NCBI GenBank assembly: GCA_977016875.1
Contig: CDRNST010000274.1
Coordinates: 1,116,001 to 1,180,000, forward strand
DNA: 64,000 nucleotides
Direction: 5' to 3'
Source: Pavona decussata
Lineage: Eukaryota
The stretch's first letter is position 1. The number at the start of each line of letters is the position of its first letter. The notes beneath the pieces are model-generated. The model did not search any database. It saw only the letters and a program-made list of their open reading frames with translations, and was not told the origin of the DNA. Below, in pieces: positions 12,761 through 27,730 of this stretch. The translations under genes and the position numbers were made by a program.

Positions 12761-14379
12761 CTTAAACTGGATAGAAAAGAGTAGCTTAGTGTGATCATAG
12801 TAGCCGCCAAATCGAAGTGAAATTCCCAAATTTTCTTCCCCTTTCAAAAACAACGTGCACAACGCTCCAATGGCGACCTAAATACCCATGGAGTTTAAAT
12901 TAAGTAAGAGCTATTACGGGGGCCACGTTCGCAAACAGTAGCAGCCCCAGAACCCTCTCGTCAAACTGCTGTGCTTTACTCAAACGTGCAAGGGTAGTTT
13001 TGAATAATTTTTTATCAAAACCGCGCAGGCTTCTGCTTGTATTCGGTCAGCCAACTCGGACAATCATGGACTTTGCGAAACCTCAAGGTCAGGGGCGATA
13101 CGAGCCCTGGAATAAAGCCGGGGACCCTCGATCCCCAATTTTTCTGTCTTGCAGTCACATGCAAATTACAATGCAACGAAACGTCAAAAAACGTTTGGTC
13201 GCTTCTAGAATCATTTCGCCTCCAAGAACATACGAACGAATATTCGAGGACTGATTCGCGTCAAATATAGGCTTCCACCACAAGTTATGATCACGATCTT
13301 GAAGAAAGAACTATAAATTAATTTTTGATATAATATCAAGTACAACACCCTCGCCAGCCGAGTTGAAACCGATCAAGTGGCCTACGCTCCGTCCTATGTT
13401 TTTCAATTTGGAAAGAAAGACACAGAAATGACTGCCGAGCTTAGTTCTGTAAGTCACTACAACTATAAAAGACACAACGCCACTTAAAAAAAGAGTAGGC
13501 TAAAGTTTTTCTCTTAATCAATCGACAAGAGGTGATGACAATCAGTAGTAATCGACATTGACCAGTTGACATCAATCAGTGATTTTCAATAACAATCGAT
13601 ACGGATTTAGACAATCGAGAAGGAGTTGTGAGTTCCGCGATAGAGTGGCATCGCGTTTTTTTATGTGTACCAATCAGCAGTCTGCTTTAAAAATTGGCGT
13701 CAATTGGCATAAATTGTGGTCATTTCAATGGACTCCAGTAATTGCAACCGTTGAAGACGCATGGAAAACTGCTTTTCTGTTAGGTATAGCGAATTCAAAT
13801 CGAGTTTTCTTTGAGCAATGTGTCTACGTTCCCCTTACACACTTGAATCAGCAATACCGGTCAAATGCTTTTGTCTGTCCTTATACACTTCCAGACTACC
13901 CAAGCAATTTTGAGAACGCTCAGAGAACGCTAGAAAAAGGTATTAGAATCCTCTCAATTGTTGAATTTCAAAACAGCAACTTTTTTCTGTGACTACCGTG
14001 ACGACCCATAAGCACCGTTGTAAGTTATAACCCCTTGCCCCACCCCTCTCCCCAAAAGGAGGTTTTTGGACTTATTTGGCAAACGTTATACGCATCAGGG
14101 AGGTGAGTATAAAACGAAATTCACTTTACTCCTGTCCCTCTCCTGCCCCAAATCCCTTACAGCTGACATATCAAGGTACATGACATATCAATGGCTCGTT
14201 TAAAAGCTGTGTGTCAAATATCATCTAATAACTAACGATTTTTCGCCATAACTAACGATTTGTCCATCCATGTACATGAAACGATATATTCTCCACTTAT
14301 TAGAACATTGATTTTCTAGAATACTCACATTCAAAACTAAAGTGAAAAAATTCGAAATCGCAGCTGTTGGTGTAACATG

Positions 14380-14920
14380 GTGAACGGCAACCAATGCCAC
14401 AGAGCGTCTACTGAATGTTTAGAATTTCGTTCAAATGCTTGGAAGTTAGAACCACGAAAAACAGCATAATAAACAGCATCAAACAGTTACACTTAAGGAT
14501 TTAATTCTAATACTCAAAATTTACAACCATCTTGCGCAGCTTAGAAATGAACAGCACCACAGGAAAGTACTGCTCAGTAGCTTCCATTTGATCATGAAAC
14601 GGACTCACACTTAGCTTTAGGCTTTTATCAAGAGACTTGGAAGATGGAATCGCCTGTACAGCGACTGCATAGTAAACAGCACCACAGGAAAGTACTGCTC
14701 AGTAGCTTTCATTGGAATGGTCACACTTTAGGATTTCATCCACGGAATCAAAGGATAGAACCATCTTGCGAAGCTCTATTAAACAACACTACTTGAAAGA
14801 ACTGCCGAGTAGCTTGCATCTAAACCTTCATCCCACACTCTATATAATTTGCCAACAGAATCAAAGGTAAGAATCACCTCGCAGAGTTACAGTACCACAA
14901 GAAAGTAATGCTTAAACACG
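14380..14920 (-). repeat. Tandem array of a ~110-bp satellite-like repeat; degenerate arrays of the same family at ~19100-19900, 20240-20400, 21050-21300, 59000-59330, 61200-62220
   Basis: Repeated aacagcaccacaggaaagtactgctcagtagctt..attt/ggaatggtcacact units. The reverse complement (..tttcctgtggtg.tgttta...tgtacaagg..gttc.aac.tttgagtc) recurs in the other blocks. Confidence 0.7.
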
Positions 14921-17405
14921 CAGTCTCAGACATTAGCGCCTCATTATATAGGTTTTACAGCTCTACTACAGAAAAGTAAAGTTCTGGTCATTAGCTATCA
15001 TTTGAAGGTCAACCTTTAGGATTTCATGCGAAGAGTCAAACGTTAAAACCGAGGCAGTCATCAGTACGTGGCTCGCGGAGAAGGATTTGTGAGTGAAAAG
15101 ATAATCCCGAGTAATTTGAAAAGCAAACAGGGTAAAATAACATTGTATCTCAAAAACGCTACCAAGTCGACATATTTCTGGGGACGCCATTGAAAACGAG
15201 CCCCTCTTTGAGAGATCTCTCTTCAGAAAAGTTTTGTGAAGACAAATTAACTTGAATATGAACTTGTTTAAAACGTCTTTAAGTTGCGTGTGTTTTAACC
15301 ACAATCTTTGTTGTTTTTTTAATCTTGTGCGGATAAACATTAGTTCCAATGTTTTCTTTTGTATTTTAGCAGTCTTCATCTTCACTTAAGATAGGTGTTT
15401 CTATAAGCTTATTAAAGATATTCAGAGTTCCTTTTCTTTCCTTATACTGAAGGTCATAAGAAAAGCCCTTAGTTATGCGACCACGAGGTTACGATCAACA
15501 AACTGTAGATCTCAAAGTGGAAGCTGGATGTCTAGCATTGTTTAGCTTAAATATTTGTTTATTAGCTACTGTCGCTACTCAAAGAATTTTAAGCCCTGAC
15601 CGAGAAAATTAGCTGTGGACGCTCGTGGAGTTAAATGGCCTGCGTAATTTCCGCATTAAGTAACAGTAGCATAACATTTTGTCACGTGCAACAATTTTAA
15701 AAACAAATTGAAAACAACTGACCAAGTGTTCTTATGCATCAGTAATTTTAAATTTTACAAGCGTGTCAGGCCTTAATTTGTATAGGCAGGTATTAAGCCC
15801 GCACTAGCTACAATCAATTGAATGATTCAAAATGCCAGTTAGGACCTGTTTTCATATACTGAGGAAAAGTAATCAAGATTAACAAAGCTTGTCTTTGTTT
15901 TGTCGTAAAATCGTCAACCCCTTTATCCTCTTCGAGTGACAAGCTTCAAAACAAACTTCTAGAACTTCGAATTCCTCCTTAAAAATTTCGAAAACGACGA
16001 CATCGTATAGTAAAGCAACTTAATTGGCATCTCATGATCATAACCTCCGTTGTTCCGTGAATTGTCACACCTTAGGATCTCATTACAGCATAAAGCAGGT
16101 CAGCATATTAAGTTTAGCTTTAAGCAAAAAGAAGATAAAAACTTTAGGATAAAGTTTTAAAATTCGTTCTGTTTGGCCTTTTCACCTCCAAAACACCCAA
16201 ACTGTAGCCAAAAATACACCACGACTAAAACTGTGAGAAATGTCGAGAAGAAATTTAAGCATTACCACTGAACTTTGAACTAAACGGCCAAACGTTTGAT
16301 TTTCATCTCCATACGCGGTAAAAGTTAGATCCACCTGTGTATGCTCTTTGGGGTGATTTGTTAATTCACTCCTGTAGATTGGTATATTTACAAGGGTATA
16401 AATGAAAAAGAAAGTGAAAATAATTGTAAACAATGAAGTTTCGTCTACATGACAACCTTACAAGGAAAGATAAACATTTACGCGTGCGTACCTCGCGATG
16501 ACGACACTGACTCCCGCTACACTTCACTCCTCCGTGCCGCATTTTAAAACCAGCATATTTCTAAGAAGTTGAACTCTGTGCACAACGGATAATTGATTTA
16601 TGTTGTCAAATAAAACCCTTAGTTTCCCTGTAGGTCGACTAGCACGAAGGGGGCCTTCGCTTTTCGAGTTCACGTGTCAACAGCATTAGGCGTTAATGAA
16701 AACGGATTATAACACTTTTGCTCTTACACATCACGAAATGTTTTTAAGGAAGTACCAGGCCTAACCTGTCGAGAGCTTGGTCCAATACCCTGTGGGGGAG
16801 GGGAGGGGGGGTGCTATTCTGGACTGGAATGATGTAAGAGTATTTAACGCACGCCATAGGAGCACCAGCCCTCCCTCCCCTGGGGCCCGCTACTATGCTA
16901 TCTCACTCCCCACCCTCTCCCCCTTCCGGAATTGTTGGTAAATACCGCAGATGAAATTTCACATAATGATAGAACTGCGCCTTGTAATATCATGATGTAT
17001 CTTTGGTAGCTCTGTATCATTAAAGAATTAGTGAATAACACTATATATTTTTTAATTTTATTCCTTTGTGAAAGCTGATCACAATTTGTCTATCAACGCA
17101 CTAACTGTTAGCTTCAGAAGGGGAAATGTCCATAGTGGTAAAAACAATAGCGTCACCCTTTTAGTCCTCACGTAGAGATATAAATCACGACGTTCTAGGA
17201 TTGCTAGCATGTTTCAGGCTCTTGGTAAACAAGTGAAAATTTAAAAGAGATGCCGAATCGAACGGAGTGAAAACCAAAACAAAACAATGCAATGCAATAA
17301 ACAAAAAACAAAACAATAAAACAACAACAACAACAAAATATGATAAAAACAAAAATAGAAATAGAAATCTGTGAATGCTCGCCCGCTCTTTCGCGTCCAC
17401 ACTCG

Positions 17406-17596
17406 TACAGTCAACTTTCGCCTTGCGGACACCTCGCTATCACGGACATCCCGATAATACGGACAGCAACTAAATCCCCGGCAAAAATAAATTATAGATG
17501 TTTGACTGAAATAAATTCCCGCTATTAAGGACTCTTGCTATTAATGGCACTAACTCGTGGTCCCGAGGGTGTACGCAATAAAGGGAGTTGACTGTA
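17406..17596. mobile_element. Tc1/mariner-type MITE
   Basis: TA-CAGTCAACT...AGTTGACTG-TA termini with a TA duplication and internal (a/g)cggaca subterminal repeats. Confidence 0.8.
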
Positions 17597-20500
17597 TACC
17601 GAAAGCCTGCAAGTCAGTGAGGGACTGTTTAACTACTGTTAGTCTACATCGGGCGATGAGGTTGTCTTGTGGGGTCGCGAGGTCGATGAGTTCTTATGAC
17701 AATTTGGTAGTCTTTATTTCTTCACCCTGTTATTTGCATAAGTGTTTGGAAAACTGAAACCCGGAAACCCTGCAATTAATTTCGATTTAGAAAAGCTCTT
17801 TGCTAATGTACGTTGAGTGACCTAAATGAATCAAAAGGACGAAACAAATCACGTTTCTTGGGGGATAGAACGTTTTCATTTTTTCTTCAATTGACTAAAG
17901 TACTTCTTCACTAAGTTCAAGTTTATCAACACGATATCGCCCAAGTACAAAATTCCACCGATATCTTATACTACGTGTCCGTGAATTAAATATTCGCAGT
18001 ATGATCCGCAAAAATTTTCACCCAATCATTCAATTAGCCAACGTGGCAATCAAAAGTAGTTTTCGACATCACACTGAAAATGACTGGCCAGCGAGTCTTA
18101 TTCACTCGTTCACTGTACGCGAAGTTGATATTCACTACACTGACCCTAAAATCTATTTCACGGTAGTTAGACTCACGTGACAAAGTCCGCACGTGAAAAT
18201 CGAAATGGCAGATTTAAAACGGATTTAGTCCAGGCACGACAAGTCTCTACGAGTTTCAAGAAATGTTACTCTGCTAAAAGATTAAAAACTTACCTGAATT
18301 GGGTTAAAGTAGCTATAAATCTCGCCGCGAGTCACGAAGTCGTCAAAGTATGTTTTCCGCTAGATAGGCGTTGCTGACTTTGTGACGCTTCTGTACAATT
18401 TTTCTTCTGAGAGAGAAATTCAACTCGAGTGCAGTCTTGTTTAGCAAGAGTTAATTCCACTTATGGGAATGCAAAGAGCGCCACACATTTGCACTTCTGA
18501 ATGTCAGAGATCACAAACCATCGCCGTTTAAGGTAGCGTCTAGCTACAAAGCCTCTGCAAAATGCCAGGACGTTAGAGACCGCTTGAGTAGCTAACTTTT
18601 CACGCGGCGTTATCGAAATAGCAATTGTACTTAAACCACAGAGTCTGTGTGGCTGTAACTATCATATCTTTTACATAATTCTCGAATCTCATTGGCTAGT
18701 AATGGGATTGCGATCGCGCTGGGTGTCCTGTTACACTTGTACTATCTCAAGCTAGCGCAAAATAAGGCCTCTATTTACGTAGTGGATTCGAATAGCTTTC
18801 CTTTCCTGAAACTGATAAGGTTTTCTTTTAGATTCTTTTGGTTGTCATTGTTTGTTTTTGAATCGTTTTGTGGCAATATTTACTTATAAAACGCTGTCAT
18901 CTCTTGCGCTAAAGGAAATATTGTCTTTGTAAACCCATTATCTGACTTATATAGGTTATCAGTGGGTGGCAGGAGATTATTTTCCCCGCCCCACTTATTA
19001 AATTGTCACTGGAGTTACGAAGCGGATTTAGACGATCTTTCACTGCACTCCTCGTAAAAACTTCGATTTCTTTCACTCCAGCACTTTTAGTATGATCATT
19101 CAAATCCGCCAAGGAACACTATTCTGTAGTGCCGTTCGGTATGTTGCACAAGGTGGAGCCCTATCGCCATATCACAGTGACTTCGTGTTGTAACTATTCA
19201 AATGAACTATATAGTTCACTTGGCTAATATATATCAGCCACCGAATCATTCTTTCCTTGGGGTAGGGGAAGGGGAGATAGTAATTCATTATAAAAGCTGT
19301 ATAGAATTGTGCCGTCCCGCAGTTAAGGGGAACAATTCTTGATAATGAGCCGTTTTGGGATAAAATAGGTATAGATTTCAACCGTTTTGTTATGAAGTCT
19401 AAAAGCGGGTTTGAATTAATGTTACAGACCACGATGCTGAAAAATTACATATTTTTGGTAAAAGATATATCTAGGGTCAGGGTTCAGCGAACCGCTACTG
19501 TCTACTGTGCTGAATAAAGTGGCTCTTACATTTTTAGTCTATTGACAAAATCTTTAGCTATTGAGAGAAATTGAAGCCATTGATTTGAACTGTGATCCTG
19601 TGAATTTGTTTACTGTGCTATACAAACTAGGAATGTCTTTCAGTCTCTCTATTAAAATGATGATCGATGATGACCTTAAGCCTTAATACTGTTTACTGTG
19701 CTGTACAAGATACGTCTTTCTTTTAACGCAAATACAAACTAATCACAAGCCTAGTTTGACGTTCTTTTCGTTTAATATGCCAGGGTACAAAGAGGATCCT
19801 ATGGACTTTTGATTCTTTGAATACCAATATATTGCCTTATCAAATAATAAAAACTGTTACGTAGCTAGCTTGGATTCTCAGCCTTTGAGGAAATGGAATT
19901 TAGATAGGGTTTGTTTAATTCTAGACCAAGGTACTCTTGGATGGGAAGTTGAAAGATTTGTGAATAGCACAACATTTACAATTCTGGCATACAGTCATTA
20001 CTAGCTTATCTTATCGCATCTTTAGTTTACTACAAAAATTCAAGGTCCAAGTTGACGTAGTAGGTCGGCCCGTCATCATGTAGTTTAAACAATTTTGTGA
20101 TTTTCCGCTAGGTCACGTTATTGAAAGGTCACGATATTTTGACCATATTATCGATATCGTGACAGCAGCGTGTAAACATGTCACGCGCTTCTATATACCA
20201 GTGGTGCGTCTGTTCAAAGAACATATTACCGTAATAAAGGGGAATATAGGAAAGAACTGCTCAGCTGCTATCATTTAAATTGTCATAGAAACGAAAGGTT
20301 AGACCACCTTACATAGCATAACAAAAAGCAATGCAGGAAGGAATTGCTCGTATGAATTGTCCCTGACTTCGAGATTACTTCCACAGACTGCCACACCAAA
20401 AAAAAGTTGAGTGCACGAAGAGGTAATGGGCTTCAGCGCATGATGAACAAGATTTTAGACGGTGAACAAATCTCCAAACTGATGCTCATTTGCGTGACTT

Positions 20501-21959
20501 CAAGTGTTAATTACATTAAAATAGTCCAATTTGCTTGAACACCTGGCGAGATAAATACGTTGCAAATACCTGCACTAATTCGCGTCATCCGTGGGCTTAT
20601 ACCACTAGTAACGATCCTTGAAGAAACCGGCTTATTGCTGACTAGGGGCTCAGATTGTTCGATCCGGTGGAGATTATATAGAGTTGACAAAATGCTTAAC
20701 ATTGTCACCGCAGCTTGAATTACATGTGAGTCGCCCATGGGGTTGATGGAAATGACACCACGAAGCAACCAGAGCAGATTGTATCTCGGCTTCAGTTTAC
20801 TTGGACCATTTGGCCAAAGAAGGAACTGCAGAAACGATAACAACAACTTGACACTGATAACAAAAACAACAGCAACTAAAAGTCACATGAAGTTAACCTA
20901 AAACGCGAATAACTCTCCAAAATTATCTCAATTTCAGGTCGGTCAGGAGAAAAATAAAGTAGGAAAAAATTAACGTATGCCCTGATCATCACTTTCGCGT
21001 CGTTTAGCCAGCGATGTTTTTTCTGCTTTGCAATCTGGTTCCAACGTTAAGTGTACGGGTGATAGAATTCCAAAGTTTGAACACCTTAACGAAACCATTG
21101 AGTACCAGTTCCCTGTGTTATCTACAAGTTGAGCTATAAAAAGGTGATGTTACCATGAATACAAGGTTTAAACGTTTGAACCTTTGGATAAAACCGTCAC
21201 CAATTCCAATTCTATTAAAAGGTACAGCTCTAATGTACTGTTTGTTTTTTCAGTGCTTGTCAAAAAGATTTTTGATAATTGTATTTCCTGTTTTGAGCTT
21301 GAGTCAGGAGTGAATGGGTTGCAGATTACGGAGATTTTATAACGTATAATAATCTCTCATAACCCAATCAATTTTACTCACTGTTCAAAGCAGATGTAGC
21401 TTAATATTTGCTTAAGCTAATTTGTACAGGAAGCTCACCTGGATAGTAATAACATTGGCTATGCTATAAAGTACATCGATCCATCCTGAATCCAACAAAA
21501 AATTCGGGTTAAGTACTGCTTTAATTTCTGCAACTTTGGGATGAGAAATAAGGCCCTTTAAAAATATCACGTGAAACTCCTCAACACCTTATTACGGTAT
21601 CTGGAGGCCGGTGACATCGACGAATGTATCAAGAAACTGAGAGGAACCACATTTGTAGCTGACCGAGTTTAATATAGCGTGTGACGTCGGGTGATGGCAT
21701 TATTTTGTGTCAGTCAAGTTATTGACTTGATTGTTCAATTAAGCCGTGACTGATTATTGGCTGCGAACAATCAGAACAATGAATGGACTCTTTCTGTCCT
21801 TTTACTCTAAGTCAGTTCATATTCTCGTTGTTCTGCTGTTCTTTGCAAACGTTCGGTTCAGTCTAACTGAATGTCTACTTGTATGTTCCAATTAGCGTTG
21901 ACTGATGGGTTTGGTGTTCTTTGTTATCAGTCGACATATATATCACCAACAGTGTTCAG

Positions 21960-24060
21960 CTTGTCTTGAACCATGGTAATCACGAAAGCAGACAAGTAAC
22001 TTACTGGGAGGGGACTGGTTGAGAGTTGAGACTCGACTGGAAGGGGTTGTTTAAAATGCAAGTTAATGAAAGAACCAAGAGTCTTCACTTGGAGGATTGA
22101 TCGACCAGTATGCGGAAGTGTTTCAAGAAGGACTTGGAACATTCACTGGCCCGAGGGCGAAGATCCATGTGGAAACAGAGGCAAAACCGAAGTTTTTTTT
22201 CAAGGGGAGGCCAGTGCCGTAAGCCACGCACAGGGAAGATTGAGGCTGAACTCAAGAGGCTACAAGATGAGGGAACAATCGAACCTGTTCATGCACTTCT
22301 CGGAATGGGCAGCTCCCATTGTACCTATCCTGAAACCAGACGGCTTCATTCGCATCTGTGGAGACTACTAAAAAACTGTCAATCAAGTGTCTTAGCTGGA
22401 CATGATCCTATCCCGAAGGTTGAAGACCTGGTGAAAAATTCGCTTAACTGGACATGCGTCAGACCTATCAGCTGTTACTTCTGGATTAAGAATCTAAACT
22501 GTGCACTACCACCAACACGCACAAAGGATTTTTCCAGCACAACCGTGCGTATGCGCTACGGAATATCGTCAGCACCAGAAACATTTCAGCGGAACATCAT
22601 GATGGAGAATCTACTGCAGAACATTCTATTCCCTATGTAATCTTCCGGGTGGATAACATCCTAGCCTGTCCGGAGTCTGAGGAGAAGATCTCTTAAACAA
22701 CCTGGAAGAAGTCTTGAAACGAATAACACGCGCAGGTTTACGACTTCACAAAAACAAGTGTGTGTTCATGGAACCTCAAGTAACCTACCTGGGTCACAAC
22801 GACAACAATAAAGGCATTCTAAACGTTAGAAGACAAGGTCGATGCTACAGCATCAACGCCTGCGAATGTGTCAGAGCTCAAATCATACCTGGGCATAATT
22901 AACTACTATCAAGAGTTTCTGTCTAACTTGTCAAGTGGGTTGGCTCCATTGCATGAGTTGCCAGGCAAAGAGACTCGCTAACATTGTGGTAAAGAGCAAA
23001 TGCACGCATTCCAGATGTCGAAGGTACTCCTGAAGTCTCCTAGACTACTGATCCACTACGACAGCCAGAGGAAGCTAACCTTGGCATGCGATGCATCACA
23101 ATATGGTTTACAAGCCGTTCTCTCTTATGGATGACGGCTCGGAGCATCCAATCGCATATGCTTCCAGGATTTAGAACGAAAAGTCCTAGCCCTAGTTTTC
23201 AGCATGAAGAAATTTCACCAGTATATTTACGGCAGACATTTAAGTTTACTGACTGACCACAAATAGGAGTCATTGTTTAATTACAAGAAGGCCTACCATG
23301 GCAGCAGCGAGAATTTAGCGTTAGGTCTTGACACTGGCTGTGATTACCAATACTCGATTGATTACAAACCAGGACCTAATCACGTCAATGCTGATGCCCT
23401 ATGCTGACTGCCCTTGCCGGTTAGTCCACCGACTACACTGTTACCTGCAGAAACTGTGTTGCAATGAAACTCCTCAATTCGACACGATACTGTCTCAAGT
23501 AATCGAGTACGTACGGCAAGGTTGGCCTAATTACAACTCAGATGAAGTATCCAAGCCAAGTGTTCAAGATGAGTGTTTGCTATGGTGGTATTCCCTAAAG
23601 AAAGAGGAAGCGTGGTGGAGGAGTTACACGAGACACACCCTGGAATTTGCTGTAGGAAGGCGTTAGCGAGAAGTTACGTGTGGTGCCTGAAAATGGATGC
23701 AGATTTGGTGCAGAAAGTGAGTCAGTGCAGTCTCTGCAAACAAAACAGGGAGTTACCGCCAGGAGCTCCTTTACATCCCTGGGAATGGCCTCATAAACCC
23801 TGGGTTCGACTTCACCTAGACTATGCAGGTCCGTTCCTTGAAAAAATGTTCCTCATCATGAAAGATGCCCACTCCAAGTGGATAGAAGCATTTCCAATGA
23901 ACACGTCGACATCAAGTGCGACTATTGAGAAATCGAGATTAATAGCTTACGCAACACATGGTCTGCCGGTAATCGTCGACACAGACAATGGCAGCAACGA
24001 CACAAGCGAAGAGTTTGAATATCGACTTCCTCAAACAAAACGGAATCCATCACATTAGAA
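21960..24060 (+). mobile_element. Decayed Ty3/Gypsy LTR-retrotransposon pol (RT - RNase H - integrase), multiple frameshifts and stops
   Basis: Fragments include SEWAAPIVPILKPDGFIRICGDY and RYGISSAPETFQR (RT), LACDASQYG (RNase H), and LHETHPG..ARSYVW..CSLC (integrase Zn finger) followed by WVRLHLDYAGPF (integrase core). The order RT-RH-IN is the Gypsy order. It is truncated inside the integrase, and no LTR pair was recognised. Confidence 0.9.
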
Positions 24061-27000
24061 CCTCTCTGAGTTTAAGGTGCATTGCAACATAAATTTGCCG
24101 GTCCGCAGATGTTTCTTTGAAGTACCTTTCGTAGCATTGTTATCATGGTGACGTTCGGATTTTTTAGAGGGTTTTGCAAAACTACATTAAGCATTTAAAA
24201 GGGGAATTATTACTTTTATTGGCAGGAGATATGCACATATAAATCTGTTGAATGTTTCCTGTTCTGCGACAGTGCAAGACAATTGATGACGATTGGTGCG
24301 GCAAGTAAGGACTCCATAGGATTTTGAGCCAGATCTTACGTTATACGAATGATCAGCAGGTGTTGATACATTGACGTCTCATCGACATTGGATCACTACA
24401 GATCATCTGCATGGCGGTTAATTAAAGAATAAGGTAGCTGATTGATGTTATGATTGATACTTCAAAATTTCAGACCTCAACAAGGAGTGGCGTATTAGAC
24501 AAGGAGGCTCCAGAATAAAAAGTCGGTGTGTGATCTTGGAGTTCAGTTTTTCAAACCGCTTGATCGACTGCTTGGTATAGTAGTCTCACCACCATCGCAA
24601 ATAATTTGCACAGTTATTGTTTACCATCTTTTTTTTATTTTAGCTGCTTTTGTTTGGCATTTTTCGATCAATCACTTTTTAAAACGGTACTAAGGATTTG
24701 GAGATCGTGAGTTGGGAGGGGGGTTGCAGCTTAATAGGGAGGTTAAATCTGAGCATCATATAGGCTGCGTAAACATTGTAAGTGTATAAGTTGAACAGAA
24801 AGAAAGAGCTAAATTACATTTGACGCAAAACATACTCAACAAACTACCGGAAAAACAAGTTTCAGTTACGCAGCCTTTGTGTTATTTGGCTGCAAAATTA
24901 GGTTTACCAAAACATCAAATCTCAAATAACCAATTAAAAACAAAGTAAAATGTTAATTCGGCGTCTTGATTATGTTATAATTGACGCTGATGAAAAAGCT
25001 TTTGATGTAAGCTATTAACTAACAATGAAGTCATTTTATTTCGTATTTTGTCACAAAATACTTTTTGGAGCAAATGTTCTTCGATTTACAGAAACATTTA
25101 ACACGCTTAATATTTTCCTTCGTTTGTAGCCTCAATTTACACGCCCTGCACAGAGCAATAAAAGTTTGGCATTCCCTGTTGGTGACGTCATCGCTTCTAC
25201 ATTTCTTTCCTAACGCTTCGTTTCGTGCGCAGCGATCCTGAAAAGGGGCGAGATAAACAAGCCTTAAGTCTTCGCTTGAGATGGCTTTGAAACTGTCTCC
25301 TTTTCGCTCATACAGCTTGTTGCCCACGACCCACACTCTCACTGCATTGTGGTATTTCTGCTTTAGGGCTGCTCCAATGTTTTAAAATGGTGGCAGTATC
25401 TCCCAGCACTTTTTAATAGCACAAGAAGAGCTCCACCCAAGACATCTGCACCATAAAATTAGACTTGTTCCAACAACCTAAAAAATGTAAATAGGAAATG
25501 AGCTTGCCATGACATGACCACAGCCTCGACGTTCCTGAAGAGGGTCTTAGAGACTAGACCGTCTCAAAGAGCCTCTTCAGGTTTTGTAGGGAGGAGGAAG
25601 GGTTGGGGTAAGTGGAGGTATGCATGTCAATCCAAAATAAGTTTACACCACCTCCATAACCTCTTAATGTATGAGGTTTCTAGCCCACCCCAATCCCATC
25701 CCCCCAAAAAAGTGTGTGTGTTGGGGGAAGGAGGGGGTGAGGGGGAGGAAAGAAGAAAAAGAAAGAAGAGGAGAAAAGGGATACCGCGCATATTCTCATT
25801 TTAATTTCTTTCTTCACCACTGAAAATTGTCTCAATGAACTATTTGGATATCGCATCATTGGCTCCTTTAACCTCCCCTTTGAAGTCATTTTAGTTGCTC
25901 CCACTATCCCTCCCGCGCTTATCCAGTATTAGTTACCTTTTCTTCCCACTTTGTTGTTGTGCAAGTTAACCACCGTTCGAGCGGCGTTTCCCTTTTCCAG
26001 ATTTTTGAAGAACTGCCTGGTTTGTCTCTGTCCATATTTAAAGTTATCCCCACAGCCGGTAACAGGCAGCTCACACCCTGCCCGAAATGTGTGCTTCTTT
26101 TAGAGGCACTTGCATCCTCGTATGTTGTGCCGGCATTTTAGAGTCAGTTCGTAAGTGATGGCGGCAGTGCTTATGGCGTGAATGAATGCGGTCTCTCGAG
26201 TTGCTGCAAGGTAATGGTGATCAGTTTAGTTGTAACCTCCTATGAAGGTGCCCTTTGAGCTCGTCACGCATTCCCCCTTCCCCCGGCCCCCCTCAAAAAG
26301 AGGAATAGGTGACGAACCTATTGTAGCATCTGAGTGGGAGACTAGTTGCATTATGAATGTATAAGTTTTTTTCGACCCCTCAACCTTTGGGTGTCTATAA
26401 ATGACTTCAAGACGAAATGTATCTAACTAACAGATTGATGATCTATTGTTAGTGCCGTGATCTAGAAATCGAGCTTTCTGTCTGTTTTTGACTATGGTGT
26501 GTATAGAGGTATGTTAAGCTGCTAGTCTGAAGTAGATTTTAACAATTCGATCTGCATAGTCTGAAAGGCTAATACGGATATGATTCCAGTGAACAGGCCT
26601 GAAAATGTATGGATATAAATGTTAGAGTAAAAAAGTAATGGTGCCGACAAATTACATATTTTGGTCTTAAACAGGGTCAGGGTTTCAAAAACTCAGCCTC
26701 ATCCCCTATCTTTTAAGAGAGTAAGAACAAATTCCTCGGCACCACATATAACCCGAGAGATAGTAAGAGAGCTTATGCGTGGGAGAGATCAAGTCAAGAG
26801 GATTGCTACAGCCTCGTTAGTATAAATTCTGCAAAAACTAGAAATGGAGTAAACCTCATTTGGGGTGGTAAGAAAAGTTATTATTATGTTTTCTTTGACT
26901 AAATCTACCTCTGAAATGGTATAAATCCTGCATACTATGTAAACTCTATATTGGCGAAGAGGGAAAGCATGCAAGTCACTAATAATTTAAGTCTGACGTT

Positions 27001-27628
27001 AGCAATGTCCGCTTAACTGATAATATTAGATCAGCAACTGACTTAAGTATGTTCAAATCTCTGGCGAAACGCCACTTCAAGCGCTTCTGCACAGAATCCC
27101 ATTAATAATAGTGCGTCTATGTATTTTATTACTGTGCTATTTTGTATTGATTTTCTGTTATTTGTTTATTTCCTATTTAACCAGGACTCTAGCTATGCTA
27201 AACCAGATTTCCTGTATAAATAAAAAAATATATAAAAGAATAAAAAAATTAAAACAGGCTCTGCAATGCAAAATGATAATTCACTTGATTTGAAATTGCT
27301 GAAAAACGATGATTAAGCTTGTCAAACCTCTTATTCCTTCACGATATCCTCAAAGTTTTCATTTCGTTGAGCGCTGTCTTGCTGATACATGTCTTCATCA
27401 ATCATAGACACCGGAAATATACATAATGATTGGAATTGTTAGTCAGAGTAAATCCAATGCACAGAGGTGATTCAAGGCTTGATATAGCACATAATAGACA
27501 AATATCGGTCCAAAGATTTTTTTTTTTAGCCAATCATGCAAATATCTTGAAGATAACAGTATTCTTACTAAATTTTAAGTAGGCTTTGACCACTTGGGCC
27601 CACACAAACCGCACTTTTTGGCGCCACT

Positions 27629-27730
27629 AACAAAGGGTATGTAAACATTGCCATTATTTTTTATCGATCTTCAACAGGCTTTTGATACTATCTGCCATAA
27701 AGTACTTTTAAAAAAGTTAGATTATGGTGT
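27629..27730 (+). mobile_element. LINE (CR1/L2-like) reverse-transcriptase fragment
   Basis: Translates to FIDLQQAFDTICHKVLLKKLDYG, the DLxKAFDxVxHxILLxKL..YG motif of non-LTR RTs. Confidence 0.75.

Noticed and set aside
14380-14920. CRISPR-like repeat-spacer array
   Set aside because: Eukaryotic context, the whole ~110-bp units are homologous and degenerate with no unique spacers, and there are no cas genes.
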